NCBI GenBank assembly: GCA_035084275.1
Contig: CM068746.1
Coordinates: 14,632,001 to 14,696,000, forward strand
Length of the DNA stretch: 64,000 nucleotides
Origin: Hydrolagus colliei
Taxonomy: Eukaryota
Direction of reading: 5' to 3'
In this document: positions 25,124-37,735 of the stretch, piece by piece
Layout: each line of letters begins with the position of its first letter
Numbering within the stretch: the stretch's first letter is position 1
Translations under genes and position numbers: made by a program
Notes under the pieces: generated by a model
What the model saw: the letters and a program-made list of their open reading frames with translations, nothing else
The model's database searches: none
Told to the model about the DNA's origin: nothing

Positions 25124-25422
25124 TAATAATAATAATCGTTACATTTGATGTAGTGCTTTTCACATCTTCTAGACATCTCAAAGTCTTTCACAGAATATAA
25201 TGTAAAGTGAATTGATTGTATATTTGTGGGCAAAACGCAGCAGCAAATTGCGTACAGAATTGACCCACAAACAGTTGTGGATTGAAGTGACCAATATTTT
25301 TTGAGAGATTTTCATCAGGTGTGTGGAGTAAGGAAACTTGTCCAAGGTTTCGCCCTGCCGTAATCAAACCCAGCTCTTTTGCTTGCGAGGCGAGTGCTCT
25401 ATCCACTGAGCTACAGGACTCT
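25124..25422 (-). mobile_element. Full-length tRNA-derived SINE
   Basis: All modules present. Confidence 0.9.
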
Positions 25423-25560
25423 AAATGGGATTAGCCTTGTGACAGGTGGGAATGTATTGCCTTGAGCTGTCGGCTAGTCTGAGTGTGACAAAGGCCAGGT
25501 ACTGTTATACAAGAGAGTTCAATGTATGAAAGGAAATTTCACTCACATACATGAAAAAAT

Positions 25561-25616
25561 GAGGGAGGGAGGTGGAGAGGGAGGGAGGGAGGGGGGGGGG
25601 GGGGAGGGAGGGGGGA
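25561..25616 (+). repeat. G-rich (GGGA)n / poly-G tract
   Basis: Directly visible purine tract. Confidence 0.9.
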
Positions 25617-25904
25617 AAATATGTCTCACCAATAAAGTGATTGAATAACACAACAACAAAAATTACATTTTTTTTAACACACACTGTTCTTGTAAGAGTC
25701 AACGTTCAGTGGAGAACAAGAAGGAAAGAGAGTGAGAAAAAAACTGACTAGACCACAAATCACTGTGTGGGTTTGTGTGCTTAAGATCCTCTGACAAAAG
25801 ATGTGCTTGTTTGGGTAGGAGTCTGGTTTGCACATTCCTGTCACTGACAAACACTCAAGACGAGATGTTGAAGCCAGATTCCCGTTAATGTTCCCCTCTG
25901 TGGT

Positions 25905-26000
25905 TCAAGGCCAGTCTCAGACCTTCCTTTTCGACCGTGCCTTCAGTCATCCTCCAATCCCCCTTTGCCCTCAAACCATCTCTCGACTCCAACCTGTAGT
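25905..26000 (+). mobile_element. Small old L2 fragment
   Basis: ttcaaggccagtctcagaccttccttttcgaccgtgccttcagtca matches L2 ORF2 end. Confidence 0.65.
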
Positions 26001-26148
26001 TCGGGTGCAAACCTTCACTGTCCAGTATATCTTAAATCCTAACAATGTAGAATGTGTCTGTATAGATCTTACTGTATAAATACTGTATGAGTTAAATGCA
26101 TATGGTCAGCTTTCAAATGAAGTGTGATTTATTAAAGTTTAATGATTT

Positions 26149-26450
26149 TAATAATAATCCTTGCATTTGATATAGGCCTTTTCATGTCTTCTAGATGTCT
26201 CAAAGTGCTTCTCAGAATATACTGTAAAGTGAATTGACTGCATATTTGTGGGTGAAATGCAGCAGCCAATTGCGCACAGCAGTGTCCCACAAACAGTCGT
26301 GGATGAAATGACCAATTTATTATTGTTTTTTGTTAGAGGTTATTATTAGGAGTGTGGAGTAAAGAAACTTGTCCAACGTTTCGCCCTGACCTGCCTGGAT
26401 TTGAAACACTTGTAAGGCGAGTGCTCTAACCGTTGAGCTACAGGTCTCCA
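26149..26450 (-). mobile_element. Full-length tRNA-derived SINE
   Basis: All modules present. Confidence 0.9.
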
Positions 26451-26780
26451 CACCTGCTATGGGAACAGATCATTTAGAGTTAATACCTGTGCTCAGTAAA
26501 TAAGTATAAATGACCTTGTAGGTTTCCTCAATGCTCTGGCTTCAGGTTTGTATAGTAATTATATTCTGCAAACAATAGGCTTCGCTTTTATCATTCTCTT
26601 CAAGGTTCCTCCTGTCATCCTATCACACTATCAACCTATCTCCCTGTCACCTTTGTTTCTCCTACCTGGGCTGTCTTTAATGCATATTTTAAGTGGTTTG
26701 GGTTGTCAAGGCTAAATATAAAAATGCTTCTAATTGAACAAAATATTGGTGTGAAAAGAATAGTCAATGACACATATAGG

Positions 26781-27045
26781 TAGAGTTCTGTAGCTCAGTG
26801 GTAAGAGCACTCGCCTTACAAGCCCGATACCTGGGTTCGATTCCAGGTAGGGCAAAACCTTGGGCAAGTTTCCTTACTTCACACGCCTGATAATAATCCC
26901 TCAAAAAAACAGTAAGAATTTGGTCACTCAATCCATTACTGTTTGTGGGACACTGCTGTGCACAATTGGCTGCTGTGTTTCGCCCACAAATATACAGTTG
27001 ATTCACTTTACAGCATATTCTGTGCAAATGCAAAGATTATTATTA
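26781..27045 (+). mobile_element. tRNA-derived SINE lacking the tail stem-loop
   Basis: A and B boxes, accttgggcaagtttcctta, Deu-like block; ctgtg joined directly to caaatgcaaag. Confidence 0.9.
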
Positions 27046-27339
27046 TATATCCCTGATGTGTTGTAGGTATTCTTTTGATCTTATCTATGCTAATAAAAAC
27101 AAGATGTTTGTATGTGTTTGAGTTATTGTATTTGTCCGCCGGTAACACAGTAACCGACTGTCGTAGAAACACGATTTATACCTCATCGGAAAGGTCTTTC
27201 ACAGGGGCCTGTCATGGGCATATATTTGATTATCTATATTTAAAAATGCTTTAATCAAGCCCCAGAATATGAGATATTCATGGTATTCTGTGACAAAGTA
27301 GCAACAGAGGAAATCACACACCCTTCTGGAGAAACACAA

Positions 27340-27959
27340 CTATACTAATAACATGTAATATTTGTCTGTGTGTCTGTCCGCAATACAATTTTTTTTCGGG
27401 GATCTTCTATCACTGCTGAGCTATGATCTAAGCATGATCATCACACCTGCATGGACTCCAACAAGGAGTCAACTCAGCAGGAGTCCTACCAACATGAGTC
27501 CTCCCAACAAGAATTCCTCCCACTGACTCTTCCCACTGAGTCCTTCTGACAGGAGTCATCCCAACAGATGAATAGCAATAGTACACTTTCGTAATCTTAC
27601 GGGATAAAGATGCCTAAGAAGCGAAGATCAAGCCTTTTGAAGAACAAATCAAAATGCCAGGCGTAAGAGAGGAGGCCGATTAAATGAAACTGAAGAGTAA
27701 AGAGCAGCATGGTTGGGCTTTGATGCTGAAAGGTATGCAAGAACACAGTAAGATGAGTTACCCGTTCAAAGAACAGTTTGGCTAGACAGTGACACATAAA
27801 GGCATGAAAGAACACAGCAAAATGATGGTCAGCAGCAGGGGTCACTCCATTTAGCTGCGCTCAACTATAATCCAGGCAGATGCTATGAATAAGATGGTGG
27901 GCATCATCAAGGAAGTCTACAGTCCATATTGTATCCTTTGGTTACAAGCGAAAAGCTAG
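27340..27959 (+). mobile_element. Possible non-autonomous Helitron-like relic containing a 12-15 bp minisatellite (about 27452-27568)
   Basis: 5' CTATACTAATA followed by tgtctgtgtgtctgtccg; 3' aaaagCTAG|T; no clear subterminal hairpin. Confidence 0.3.
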
Positions 27960-27989
27960 TTTTTAAATAAATGTTCATTTCAAAGTATG

Positions 27990-28130
27990 GACTGCTGTGC
28001 CCAATTGGTTGATGCGTTTCGCCCACAAATATACAGTCAATTCACTTTACAGTTATATGCTGTAAAGCACTTTGAGACGTCCAGAAGACTTGAAAAGCAC
28101 TATATCAAATGCTAGGGTTATTATTATTAT
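27990..28130 (+). mobile_element. SINE 3' half
   Basis: Deu-like block plus tail. Confidence 0.85.
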
Positions 28131-29320
28131 CAATATTTTAAGTATAAATGCATTTGCCAATGTGCCCTGCACATAAAGACCTGTTTCCTTAACAGACACC
28201 CAAATAAATTTCTGTCTTTATCTTCAGGCCACACAGTTTAGCGCTGTGTTATATACTTGCCAAAATATTTGCAATGGGATTTTCTTCATTTGTTTTACTG
28301 AGAGAAGGCATTGGCAATATTTTATTCTTCAGGCAACACATCTATCAGTGTTGTGCATGCGCATCTTGGTAAATTCCAGATTTCCTGAAAAATCTCAGGT
28401 GCATCACCAGTGTGAAATGTTCTGAAGAAATTATGTTCTAAAGATAATATTCTAGCCCAGATGGGCCAGTAATTATTCCAGCAACACCTTATGCTGCTAA
28501 AGTCTTGCTTAAGTGAGATGATCAAAATAATAAATCACACACATGAATTGCTACTACACTAATGCTCTCAAAATCATTATGACATAAGCAAGTTTCTATT
28601 AGTTTGACAGATTAGCTGTCTTGATTGAATCATTATTGCACACTGCGAGATTTTGATATATTAATAGCTTGCCTTGATCCGTGTCAAATTGCATGGGTTT
28701 TCGTTGTTTAATTAACGAAAAGGCACAGCATTTGAAGCATGCACTGTGCATTCTGCAACATTCCAATAAAGGGATAATACCTCGCAGATCCCAGCCAGTC
28801 AAAAATGTTGCAAGAACGCTAGTAATTAATACAGAAATCACTTCTGTTTAAAGAGTTGCACTAGTTTGTGTGTGCATTTTGTGTTTAGCGATGACCATGC
28901 ATTGAGCCAGGCAGCTTGCACTATGGGGATAAATTAGTCAAAATGTCACAGATACATGATTGTGTGAGGCAATTTCAGGTAGTTATTTCTTTACATGGAG
29001 AATAATATACAGCTGGAAAGGATTGCCTGCCTGGTTGAGATGAAAAGACAGCACTCATTTTAAGGAATAACTTGGTGTAATAGGAAGGTGGCAGGATTGC
29101 TAGCTTGGAAGGATAAGATCAAGTTATCCAAAGGACAAAAACAACAACAACAGCTCACATTGATACAGGACCCTTGATGTCAGGTCATGTCTAGAGCTCT
29201 TCACAGTGGTGGAGCTCGACTCAAAAACAAAGGACCTTAACAGAGGTCTTGAAGATGTGATAATGTGCTACATTGAATGGGGAATTATTATAGAGGCAAA
29301 AAAATGCAGAGTCAGAGATT

Positions 29321-30690
29321 CATAGAATCATAGAATCTTACAGCACAAAAGGAAGCCATTTGATCCATCGAGTCTGTGCCGGCTCTTTAAAAAGAGCAAT
29401 TTAATCCCACTCCCCAGCTCTCTCCCCATAATCTCACAAACCCGTCCTCCCCAAATAAATGTCTACCTCTCTTTTAAAAGTTGTTATCTATTGAATCGGC
29501 CTCCATCATCTTTTCAGGCAGTGCATTCCAGATTCGAACAACTTGCTGAGTGAAAACATTTCTCCTCATCTTCCCTCTGCTTCTTTTTGAAACTATTTTA
29601 AATCTGTGACTACGAGTCACTGACATTCACCAGTGGAAACAGTTTTCGCCTATCTACTCTGTCGAATACCCTCATGATCTTAAAAACCTCTATTAGGTCT
29701 CCTCGCAACCTTTTCTGTTCCAATGAGAATAAACCTAGCCTCTCTAGCCTTTCCTCATACCTGAAGTCCCTCATTCCTGGTACCATCCAAGCAAATCTCT
29801 TCTGCACCATGCCTTAACATCCTTCCTAAAGTGTGGTGACCAGAATTGTACACAGTACTCTAGCTGAAGCCTAACCAAAATTTTATAGAGTTTAGTCAGA
29901 ACTTCCTGACTTTTGTACTCTATGCCCCTATTTATAAAGCCTAGCATCTCGTATGCTTTTTTGAGAGCATTGTCCTGCCACTTTCAAAGAATCACTCACA
30001 CAAACCCCCAGGTCTCTCTGTTCCTTCACACCCCTTAAAATTGTACTATCTAGCCTATATTGCCTCCCCTCATTTCTCCTCCCCAAATGCATCATCTCAC
30101 ATTTCTCTACATTAAACTTCATCTGCCATGTGTCTGCCCATTTTATCAGTCGGTCTATATCTTCTTGCAGATGACTACTATCCTCCTCACTATTTACTAT
30201 TTTTCCTCATTTTGTGTCATCTGCAAACTTCAAAATGGTACTCCCCATACCCAAGTCCAGATCATTAATATAAATTAAAAGAGCAGTGGTTCCAATACCG
30301 ATCCCTGGGAGATGCCACTATATACTTCCCTCCAGTCAGAAAAACAGCTGTTCACCACAACTCTCTGCTTTCTGTTTCCCAGCCAGTTCTGGATCCATGC
30401 TGCCACTGTCGCTTTAACACCATGGGCCTTTATTTTCTTTATAAGCCTTTCATGTGGCACTTTGTCAAATGCCTTTTGAAAGTCCATATAAACCACATCA
30501 ACTGCACTACCCTCATTCTGTTACCTCATCAAAAAATCAGATTCGTCAGGCAAGATTTGCGTTTAGCAAATCCGTGCTAGCTGTCCTTTATTAACCTATA
30601 TCTTTCTAAGTGAAGATCTATCTTGTCCCTGATTATAGTCTCTAGAAGTTTCCCCACGACTGATGTTAGACTGACAGGCCTGTAGTTTCC
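29321..30690 (-). mobile_element. 5'-truncated CR1 LINE with disrupted RT
   Basis: GNYRPVSLTSVVGKLLE, MDFQKAFDKVPHERL, MKFNVEKC, VQKRFAWMVPGMR; (GATTCTAT)n tail; candidate TSD AGATT 29316-29320 / 30691-30695. Confidence 0.95.
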
Positions 30691-30763
30691 AGATTATTCT
30701 ATGCAAAATTATTGCTTATAAAGCAGAACACAGCAGTTGAAGACTGTAATTTTGAGAAGTATA

Positions 30764-30818
30764 CAGTCTTCCAAGCCTAGAGTAAATAGACTATATTTAC
30801 TCTAGGCTTGGAAAACTG
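30764..30818. repeat. Inverted repeat: 20-bp perfect stem (25 bp with one mismatch), 5-nt loop
   Basis: TTCCAAGCCTAGAGTAAATA (30769-30788) and its reverse complement (30794-30813). Confidence 0.95.
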
Positions 30819-33200
30819 CTTGTAATATTGCTACTCATACCACAAGCAAATGGTTTGAAACAAAGACTAAAACAGATGTTCCTCTCGGACAATAAAAACT
30901 CTTGAATCAACAACGAGTTCAAAGCCTCCTAGTGGGTTGGCATATCCAACTTCAAGCACATTCAGATTTGCATAGAAATGAGAAGCACACTGTAAAAGCA
31001 CAGAAGGTTTGTATCAGAAGAAGAAAAATATTAAACATGTAAAATGTGTTGGCCTCTGTACATATCAAACATAAAATGAAGAATCTAGTAATGAAACCAG
31101 ACAGTAAATACCTAATGTTAATAGAAAAACTATTACAGATAACACTGGAAAGATGGACTGAAATACTTCCCCCACCTCCACCCCAATTGATGGATAAATC
31201 AGAGTTCTTACTCTACAATAAATCCTTAGCTTCAAGGGATTTGGAAGAAAGCTTTGAACCAATTAAAATTACCTCAAAGTCCTAAAAATTTAAACAAACC
31301 GAAAACCAGGGTTGAATAATGTATATTGAAGTGTACCCTAGACTTTTTTGTTACCTTAAGAAGATGAGGGAGAAATCACAGAATTATATCTTTTTGGACA
31401 TTTTATCTGTGGTTAGTTGCATCCCTCAGGCAACTAAAGAAGATGTACATCACACATGCGCGGTCTGCAAGGAATGCACTTGACAGGGAAAATTAGATTT
31501 TCTTTTCTATTATGCTCTTACAATGTATGTCATTAACATCTGAATAGGCTTGAGTCTTTGGAGCAAGATCTAAATTTGAAATCCAGATGATTCTACTCAC
31601 AAAAGGCACCTCTGAGTATTCTGATTTTTAATATATAAGAAGGTTTTGAGCTTCTTAGGGGAGCTTGTAAATGAAAGTAAAGGAAATCAACAAAACAATA
31701 ATTTTAGAAAGATGGGGAAGATTTTCTGCATTTAAATGTCTGCTAATTAATTGAATAAGCTTTGTGTATTTATTCCTTTATTTCTTTCACTTTCTTTTTA
31801 TGTTCTTGTTACATGATATATCTCATTAATATAATATCTCCACATAATTATGTCTTTTGCTTCTCTACATGACACTCTTTCATTTACCTATTAAGTCTCA
31901 GAAACCTCACGTTGTGTTTATTCAGCACAAACTCTAAAATATAATATAATTGTGACCTATTATTTATACAAATTTGTTCATGAATCCCAATGGAGGATCT
32001 GTGGATCTGGAACTCATTGAAACTTAAAGACACAGTGCTTCAATAGGTGAGAAATTAATGGCCAACTCATTGATTGCTGTGCTCCCATGCAAGTGAATCA
32101 ATAGGTTATGACGGCTCCTGAAACAGATCTGCTCATTATAAAGAAAATAGAGTTATTGGGGATGCGCGGATTGTGGGCCAGCATGTGAAAATTCAGTCAA
32201 CGTAACCTTCACACAGTGGATTCTTGTAAAGTTCCTAAATACAGTACAAATAGCACTGAACATTTGTGTTGAATTGTTTAAGGTCAATTGTGGCACGATG
32301 TTTGAGCTTGGAAGTCTGCACCTTTTCAGGTTCTGCAAAACTTTAAAATAATGTAGTAATTTTTAATTGTTTTTTAAAAAATGTTTTGACTATAATTGTG
32401 ACTTAATATGACTTACATGTAATTAAATGGTTTGAGAAAAGGAAAAGTTTCATATCACATATGAATCCAACCTAAATATGGTCAAACCATATAGAAAATA
32501 TTAGGAACAGCAGAAATTCAACCCATAAATTCTGCAATCATTTAAAAAAAATCAATTGATTCATTTAAATCAAATAACAACAACTTGCAGTTATACAGTA
32601 TAACTTTTAAATCCAGTTAGTTCTCTCAGTCAGTGCACAGGGCAGAGTTGATATATGATGTGACACAAGATGTGTTTCTGGGCATAACAGTTGTCATAGT
32701 GGTAGGGTCAAGACATACAGCTGGTGAAGCTGTATCAGAACAATGATCTGTGAGGGTTTGTTTATAAGTCTATTTGACAACAATCGCTCCTGTAAGATAC
32801 ATTAACTTCACACATCCAATTTCAAGGATAGACCAGCTGTCCTTACTCAGTTCTGCCAAATTTCAAAAGCAGATTTTCCCCTCTCTGACATGCTTGAGGT
32901 TTGTTCGTTTGTGGCACAGGATTCAAGTGATTTTTCTCAAGCCATATTGGAGGCTATAACAAAGGCAGCTCAAACCTCTATCCCTTGCAATAATTTATTT
33001 GATAGAGTGTCTTGTCGTGTTAACATGCACTTCACACAATGAATTATTTTTTAAAATGCGAATTTACAAGTAGTCAAACACTGTGGCTAATCTGTGTCAT
33101 CAATTTAATGCAAACAGCAGTCTGATGAATAATAACAATAATAAATATTTTGGGGACAAATATTAAAAATTGTGTTTGACTTACTACAGCAAGACTTTCA

Positions 33201-33506
33201 AATAATAATCATTCTTCCATTTGATGTAGCGCTTTTCACGTCTCGAGACGTCTCAAAGCGCTTCACAGAATATACTGTAAAGTGAATTTGCAGTATATTT
33301 GTGGGTGAAACGCAGCAGCCATTGTGTACAGCACTGTCCCACAAACAGTCGTGGATTGAAATGACCAATTAATTTTTGAGGGATTATCATCAGGTGTGTG
33401 GAATAAGGAATAAGGAAACTTACCCAAGGTTTCACCCTGCCTGGAATTGAACCCAGGTTTCTTGCTTGCAAAGCCATTGCTCTAACCATTGAACTACAGA
33501 ACTCCA
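33201..33506 (-). mobile_element. Full-length tRNA-derived SINE
   Basis: All modules present. Confidence 0.9.
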
Positions 33507-33829
33507 CAAATAATAATAATCCTCGCATTTGACTAATAATCTTTGAATGAGTAATTATTGGAAATTCTGATGAACAAGTTGTATTGGTCATTGACTAATG
33601 AAAATTGGAAAAATCGCAATTAATACATAGCAACTGCAAGAATGCAGCACCACCTCATTATTGTGCTGGAATCCAATCATGCAGTCTGGTTTCCTATAAT
33701 CACATTTTCACCCAAACATTGGCTATGTTTCTGTCCTGAACACTGGTAAGCAATCCTATGAATATTTTAATTTTGGCCAGTTACCCACAGTAATTTAGAA
33801 TACCTCACATAGCTGGCAAGCAGATCTCC

Positions 33830-34036
33830 CAATAATAATCCAAAAAGAACCACAATAATAAAATTGGTCATTTCAATCCATGACTGTTTGTGGGACACTG
33901 CTGTGCTCAATCGGCTGCCGCGTTTCACCCACAAATATACAGTCAATTCACTTGATATTATATCCCGTGAAGCGCTTTGAGACGTCAATAAGATGTGAAA
34001 AGCGCTATATCAAATGTAAGGATTATTATTATTATA
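33830..34036 (+). mobile_element. SINE 3' two-thirds
   Basis: Deu-like block plus tail. Confidence 0.88.
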
Positions 34037-34284
34037 TTATTTCAATCTACATCCAGGTCAAACATATGACTGACTCCTCAAATCATAGCCACATATTCAA
34101 TGTAATTGCTTAATTGTTTGATCCTCTTTTTTGATTTGACCATGTATTGTGTTGAAGGAAAATAGCTGCTGCAATTCTGGATGTCCCAGAACACATTTTA
34201 ATGTACATTTTGGTTGAATATTTTCAAATTATTGTGTTTAAGTACTATTATTGAGTTTAAAGAGGCCAATTGCCATCTGATACC

Positions 34285-35507
34285 CAGGGTGTCATGTTTG
34301 ACCCTGGTCTGTCCATTCTCTCCTACATCCATGCCATGACCAGCACAGCCTTCCATCCAGCCTTCTGCAACATTGCCCATCTCTGTCATCACCTCACCCC
34401 TCAAGCCGCTGAAATCCTCATACATGCATTTGTCATCTCTAGGCTTGACTACAGCAACTCCCTTCTTGTCGGCCTCAACCCAACTCTTCCATTCACAAAC
34501 TGCAGATCATCCAAAACTTGTGTTCTCTCCCACACCAGGCTCTGCAATCCCATTACCCCCACACTCACCCGGCTCCACTGGCTCCCCATTCCTCAGAGGA
34601 TCGAATTCAAGATCCTTGTCCTCACTTTCAAGGCTCTCCGCGGCCTTGCCCCCTCTTACCTGTCTCCACTGGCTCCCCATCCTCCAGAGGATCAAGTTTA
34701 AGATCCTCGTCCTCACCTACAAGGCCTTACACGGCCTTGCCCCATCCTACTTAACCAATCTACTCTCCCCCGACATGCCCACCCGGACCCTCCGTTCAAC
34801 AGGACTTGGCCTGCTCCAAGCCCCCCGCCTGAACCGCCCCACCATCGGAGGCCGGGCCTTCAGTTTCTCCGCTCCCACCTTATGGAATGCCATCCCTCAA
34901 TCCCTCCGTTTCGTCTCTTCCCTTTCCTCTTTCAAGGCCGGTTTGAAGATTTTCCTCTTCGATCGTGCCTTTTGTTCCACCCCGAACTCTTTTACCTCCC
35001 CTTCGTGTTTCACCCCTTCCCAAACACACCCCTCCCAGCTCGGGTCACACGCCTCCTGTGCAGCGCCTTGGGACGTCCTCCCGACGTGAAAGGCGCTCTA
35101 TAAATGTAAATTGTTGTTGTTGTTGTTGTTACCTCTCTGACCTACTGAACCACATCAACCTATCCACAGCCTCCTTTCAGCAGGCTCCAGCCTGCTCCAT
35201 GTATCCCACCTGACCCACCCTACCATCGGCGGCTGGACCTTCAGCCTCTCTGGTCCTACACTTGGCAACTCCATCCCACAATCCCTTCGCCTTGCTTCCT
35301 CCAGTGCCTCCTTCAATGCCGGTCTCAAGACCCTCCCTTTAGTCATGCCTTCAGTCTCCCTCCTACCTCTCTGCCTTCTCCCATCCCAACCCTGCCACCC
35401 CACCCGCCCCGCTCGGGTCCGGAACCCCAACTGTTCTGCGACTTGGGAGGTCCTCCCGACGTGAAAGGCGCTCTACAAATGTAATTTTGTTGTTGTTGTT
35501 GTTGTTA
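34285..35507 (+). mobile_element. Older L2 (host, 34285-34661 and 35135-35507)
   Basis: GVMFDPGLS, HAFVISRLDYSNSLL, LHWLPIPQRIEFK; tail with (TTG)n. Confidence 0.9.
34662..35128 (+). mobile_element. Young L2 subfamily B 3' fragment nested in the older L2
   Basis: TSD TTACCT 34656-34661 / 35129-35134; nearly identical to 53366-53876. Confidence 0.92.
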
Positions 35508-36883
35508 ATAAGGTAGTATAGGCTGAGTGGACTCATGCATTGTCTCCCTAAAGGGCTGATGTAACAAGACCAAAACATCTACAATGTGAGCCATTCTAGA
35601 CCTATTCATCAGCTTTTTCAGGAAAAAAATTGTGTCTTTCTACTATTGATTGGTCATTACTGCTATGCTGACTGGGAAGATAGCCTGTTACATTTAGTTT
35701 GGCACAATACATTGACTGCTGTGCCAGGTTAATAAATGCTGGCACCAAAATCAAGCTGTAAATTGGAGCACAATGAGCCAATTTACTTATGCTGCGGCTT
35801 TCTTAGTTAAGAAATGCTATGGAAACCATATGTATGTGGTTTGGTTTGGAGATTCTTAAGCATATGATGGGCTTTTGGGTGTGGTACCAAAAATACATAT
35901 ACACAAAGACTATTTACTCATTGGAGAGACGAGGGAATTCTGCAACTTGCATCCAATTTGCTGTATTTCAGAACCAATTTCTTCATTAGAAATGTGAATT
36001 ATTGAATTTCTGAGACCTTGAAAGTGTTGTTGGAGAATGCAACCAAGCTTATTCAATCTTTTAGAAACTCAAAATTGCACATTGCTTGAAGAAGAAATCT
36101 GTTAAACAACAATGCGAGTTGTAAGCTCAAAAGTGCATTTACAAACCTCCGGCAATAAGCAAATATTTCTCTCATTTTTACCATCAACAAGTTGGGTTTT
36201 CTGCAAAAGCCCTGTCTGCCTAATGATTAAATATTCTATTGTTGTTTGGCAGACTGCAAGGAAAATCTTTACTTGTTTTGGGAGTGAGTGCAACTTTAAA
36301 GACATGCATATCAGCAGACTCAATGAGTCTGCCCTCTAAACACATTGACAGTGGTCTGATTTGAGCTGTCAGTTCTCTACAAGCTTCTGATCAGAGAATC
36401 ACCATAAGAGTCACTTGTACTTAACACAGACCTCTGTGTTTATACTAGAAATACGGGAGCTGTTTCAACTGTTTCACCTCAAATATCAATATCAATCTAA
36501 AAGCTCTGCACAAAGCTCTGGTAACAAACTTTCACCTGTCAGATTTCCTGTTTGTGAAACTCTCTATGGCCTTTCAGTACTTTGCCCAAGTGACTATTCT
36601 TCATTGCAAGTCTACGAAATGAGTTTCTGCGGGCGTTTATTGACAGGAGAAGCCATCAGAGCACAATACAGCCTCCCTCAGTGATCTCACTCAAACACCT
36701 CTAGCAACAACTACTTTCAAACAAATAGGAGCAGACAATCAATATATGGTTTATCAATATAGTCTCAGCTGACACTACGATGCAGTACTGGGGTTCTGCA
36801 TCACTATTGAAGGTGTCGTCTTTTGCTTGCGATGTTAAATCAAGGTCCCATCTACCCATTTAACTGTATGTTAAATATGCTAT

Positions 36884-37735
36884 GGGATCGTTCCCTCCGG
36901 TATTCTTTGGTTCATTCCACCGTCAGCACCATTTGCTCTCCTTCCCCTGGCACCTTCCCATGCCATTGCAGGAGATGTAATACCTGCCCTTTCAGCTCCA
37001 CCCAAACCACTCTCCAGGGACCAAAACACAGCATCCATGTAAGACAGAGTTCACATGCACTACCACCAATGTAGTATACTGTATCCACTGCTCACAGTGT
37101 GGTCTCCTCTATATTGGGGAGACTAAGCACAGATTGGGAGACCGATTTACAGAGCACCTTTGTTCTGTATGCAAGGTCAACCCTGATCTTCCTGTCTCCC
37201 TCCATTTCAATTCACATTCAGAGGCTGATCTCTCCATCCATGGTCTCCTGCACTGGTCCAGTGACCGACCCACAGTGAAAGCTTGAGGAACAGCACCTTA
37301 TCTATCTGCTGGGGACCCTACTCTGGCCTCAACATCGATTTCAGCCACTTCAGACCATAAAAGCTCCCCCATTACAATCATTACTCCAGATACCCCTCCC
37401 TAGCCTCTGTGGTGTTTTGTCTGCTCTTCACTATTTAGATCTCTTCTCCCCAGTTTTGTTTAAACCCACCCCCTTTTGCTTCACACTGCTATCACCTATT
37501 TAACTCATCGATTAACATATTTTTTCCTTTGTCTTCTTTTTCTGTCTTCTTTGTCTCCTTTGTTTTCCTTGTCCTGCTTCCCCATCTCTAACTTGTCCTT
37601 AAAAACCTCTCCCTCCCAACAAGCCGCAGTTCTCACGAAGGGTCGTGGACCCAAAACGTTGACTCACTTTCCTTTCTCCATGAATGCTGCCTGACCTGCT
37701 GAGTTTTCTCAGCAACTTGTGTTTTTATTTTTTAT
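36884..37735 (+). mobile_element. Penelope-like element 3' relic: GIY-YIG endonuclease pseudogene plus terminal repeat
   Basis: PGTFPCHCRRCNTCPF, frameshift, FTCTTTNVVYCIHCSQCGLLYIGETKHRLGDRFTEH, ...GLNIDFSHFRP* (stop 37358-37360). Confidence 0.9.
37627..37665 (+). ncRNA. Decayed minimal type I hammerhead ribozyme motif in the Penelope terminal repeat
   Basis: CAGTT-CTcACGA-A-GGGTC-gtg-GACCC-aAAA-CGTT-GACTC; two core substitutions relative to CUGANGA/GAAA. Confidence 0.6.

Noticed and set aside
27452-27568. CRISPR-like array
   Set aside because: Degenerate 12-15 bp tandem units without spacers; no cas genes; vertebrate DNA
31046-31285. 79-aa ORF with a poly-Pro run
   Set aside because: No recognisable domain or convincing splice sites; expected by chance
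34373-35089. 238-aa ORF as a novel protein
   Set aside because: Chimera produced by an L2-in-L2 insertion
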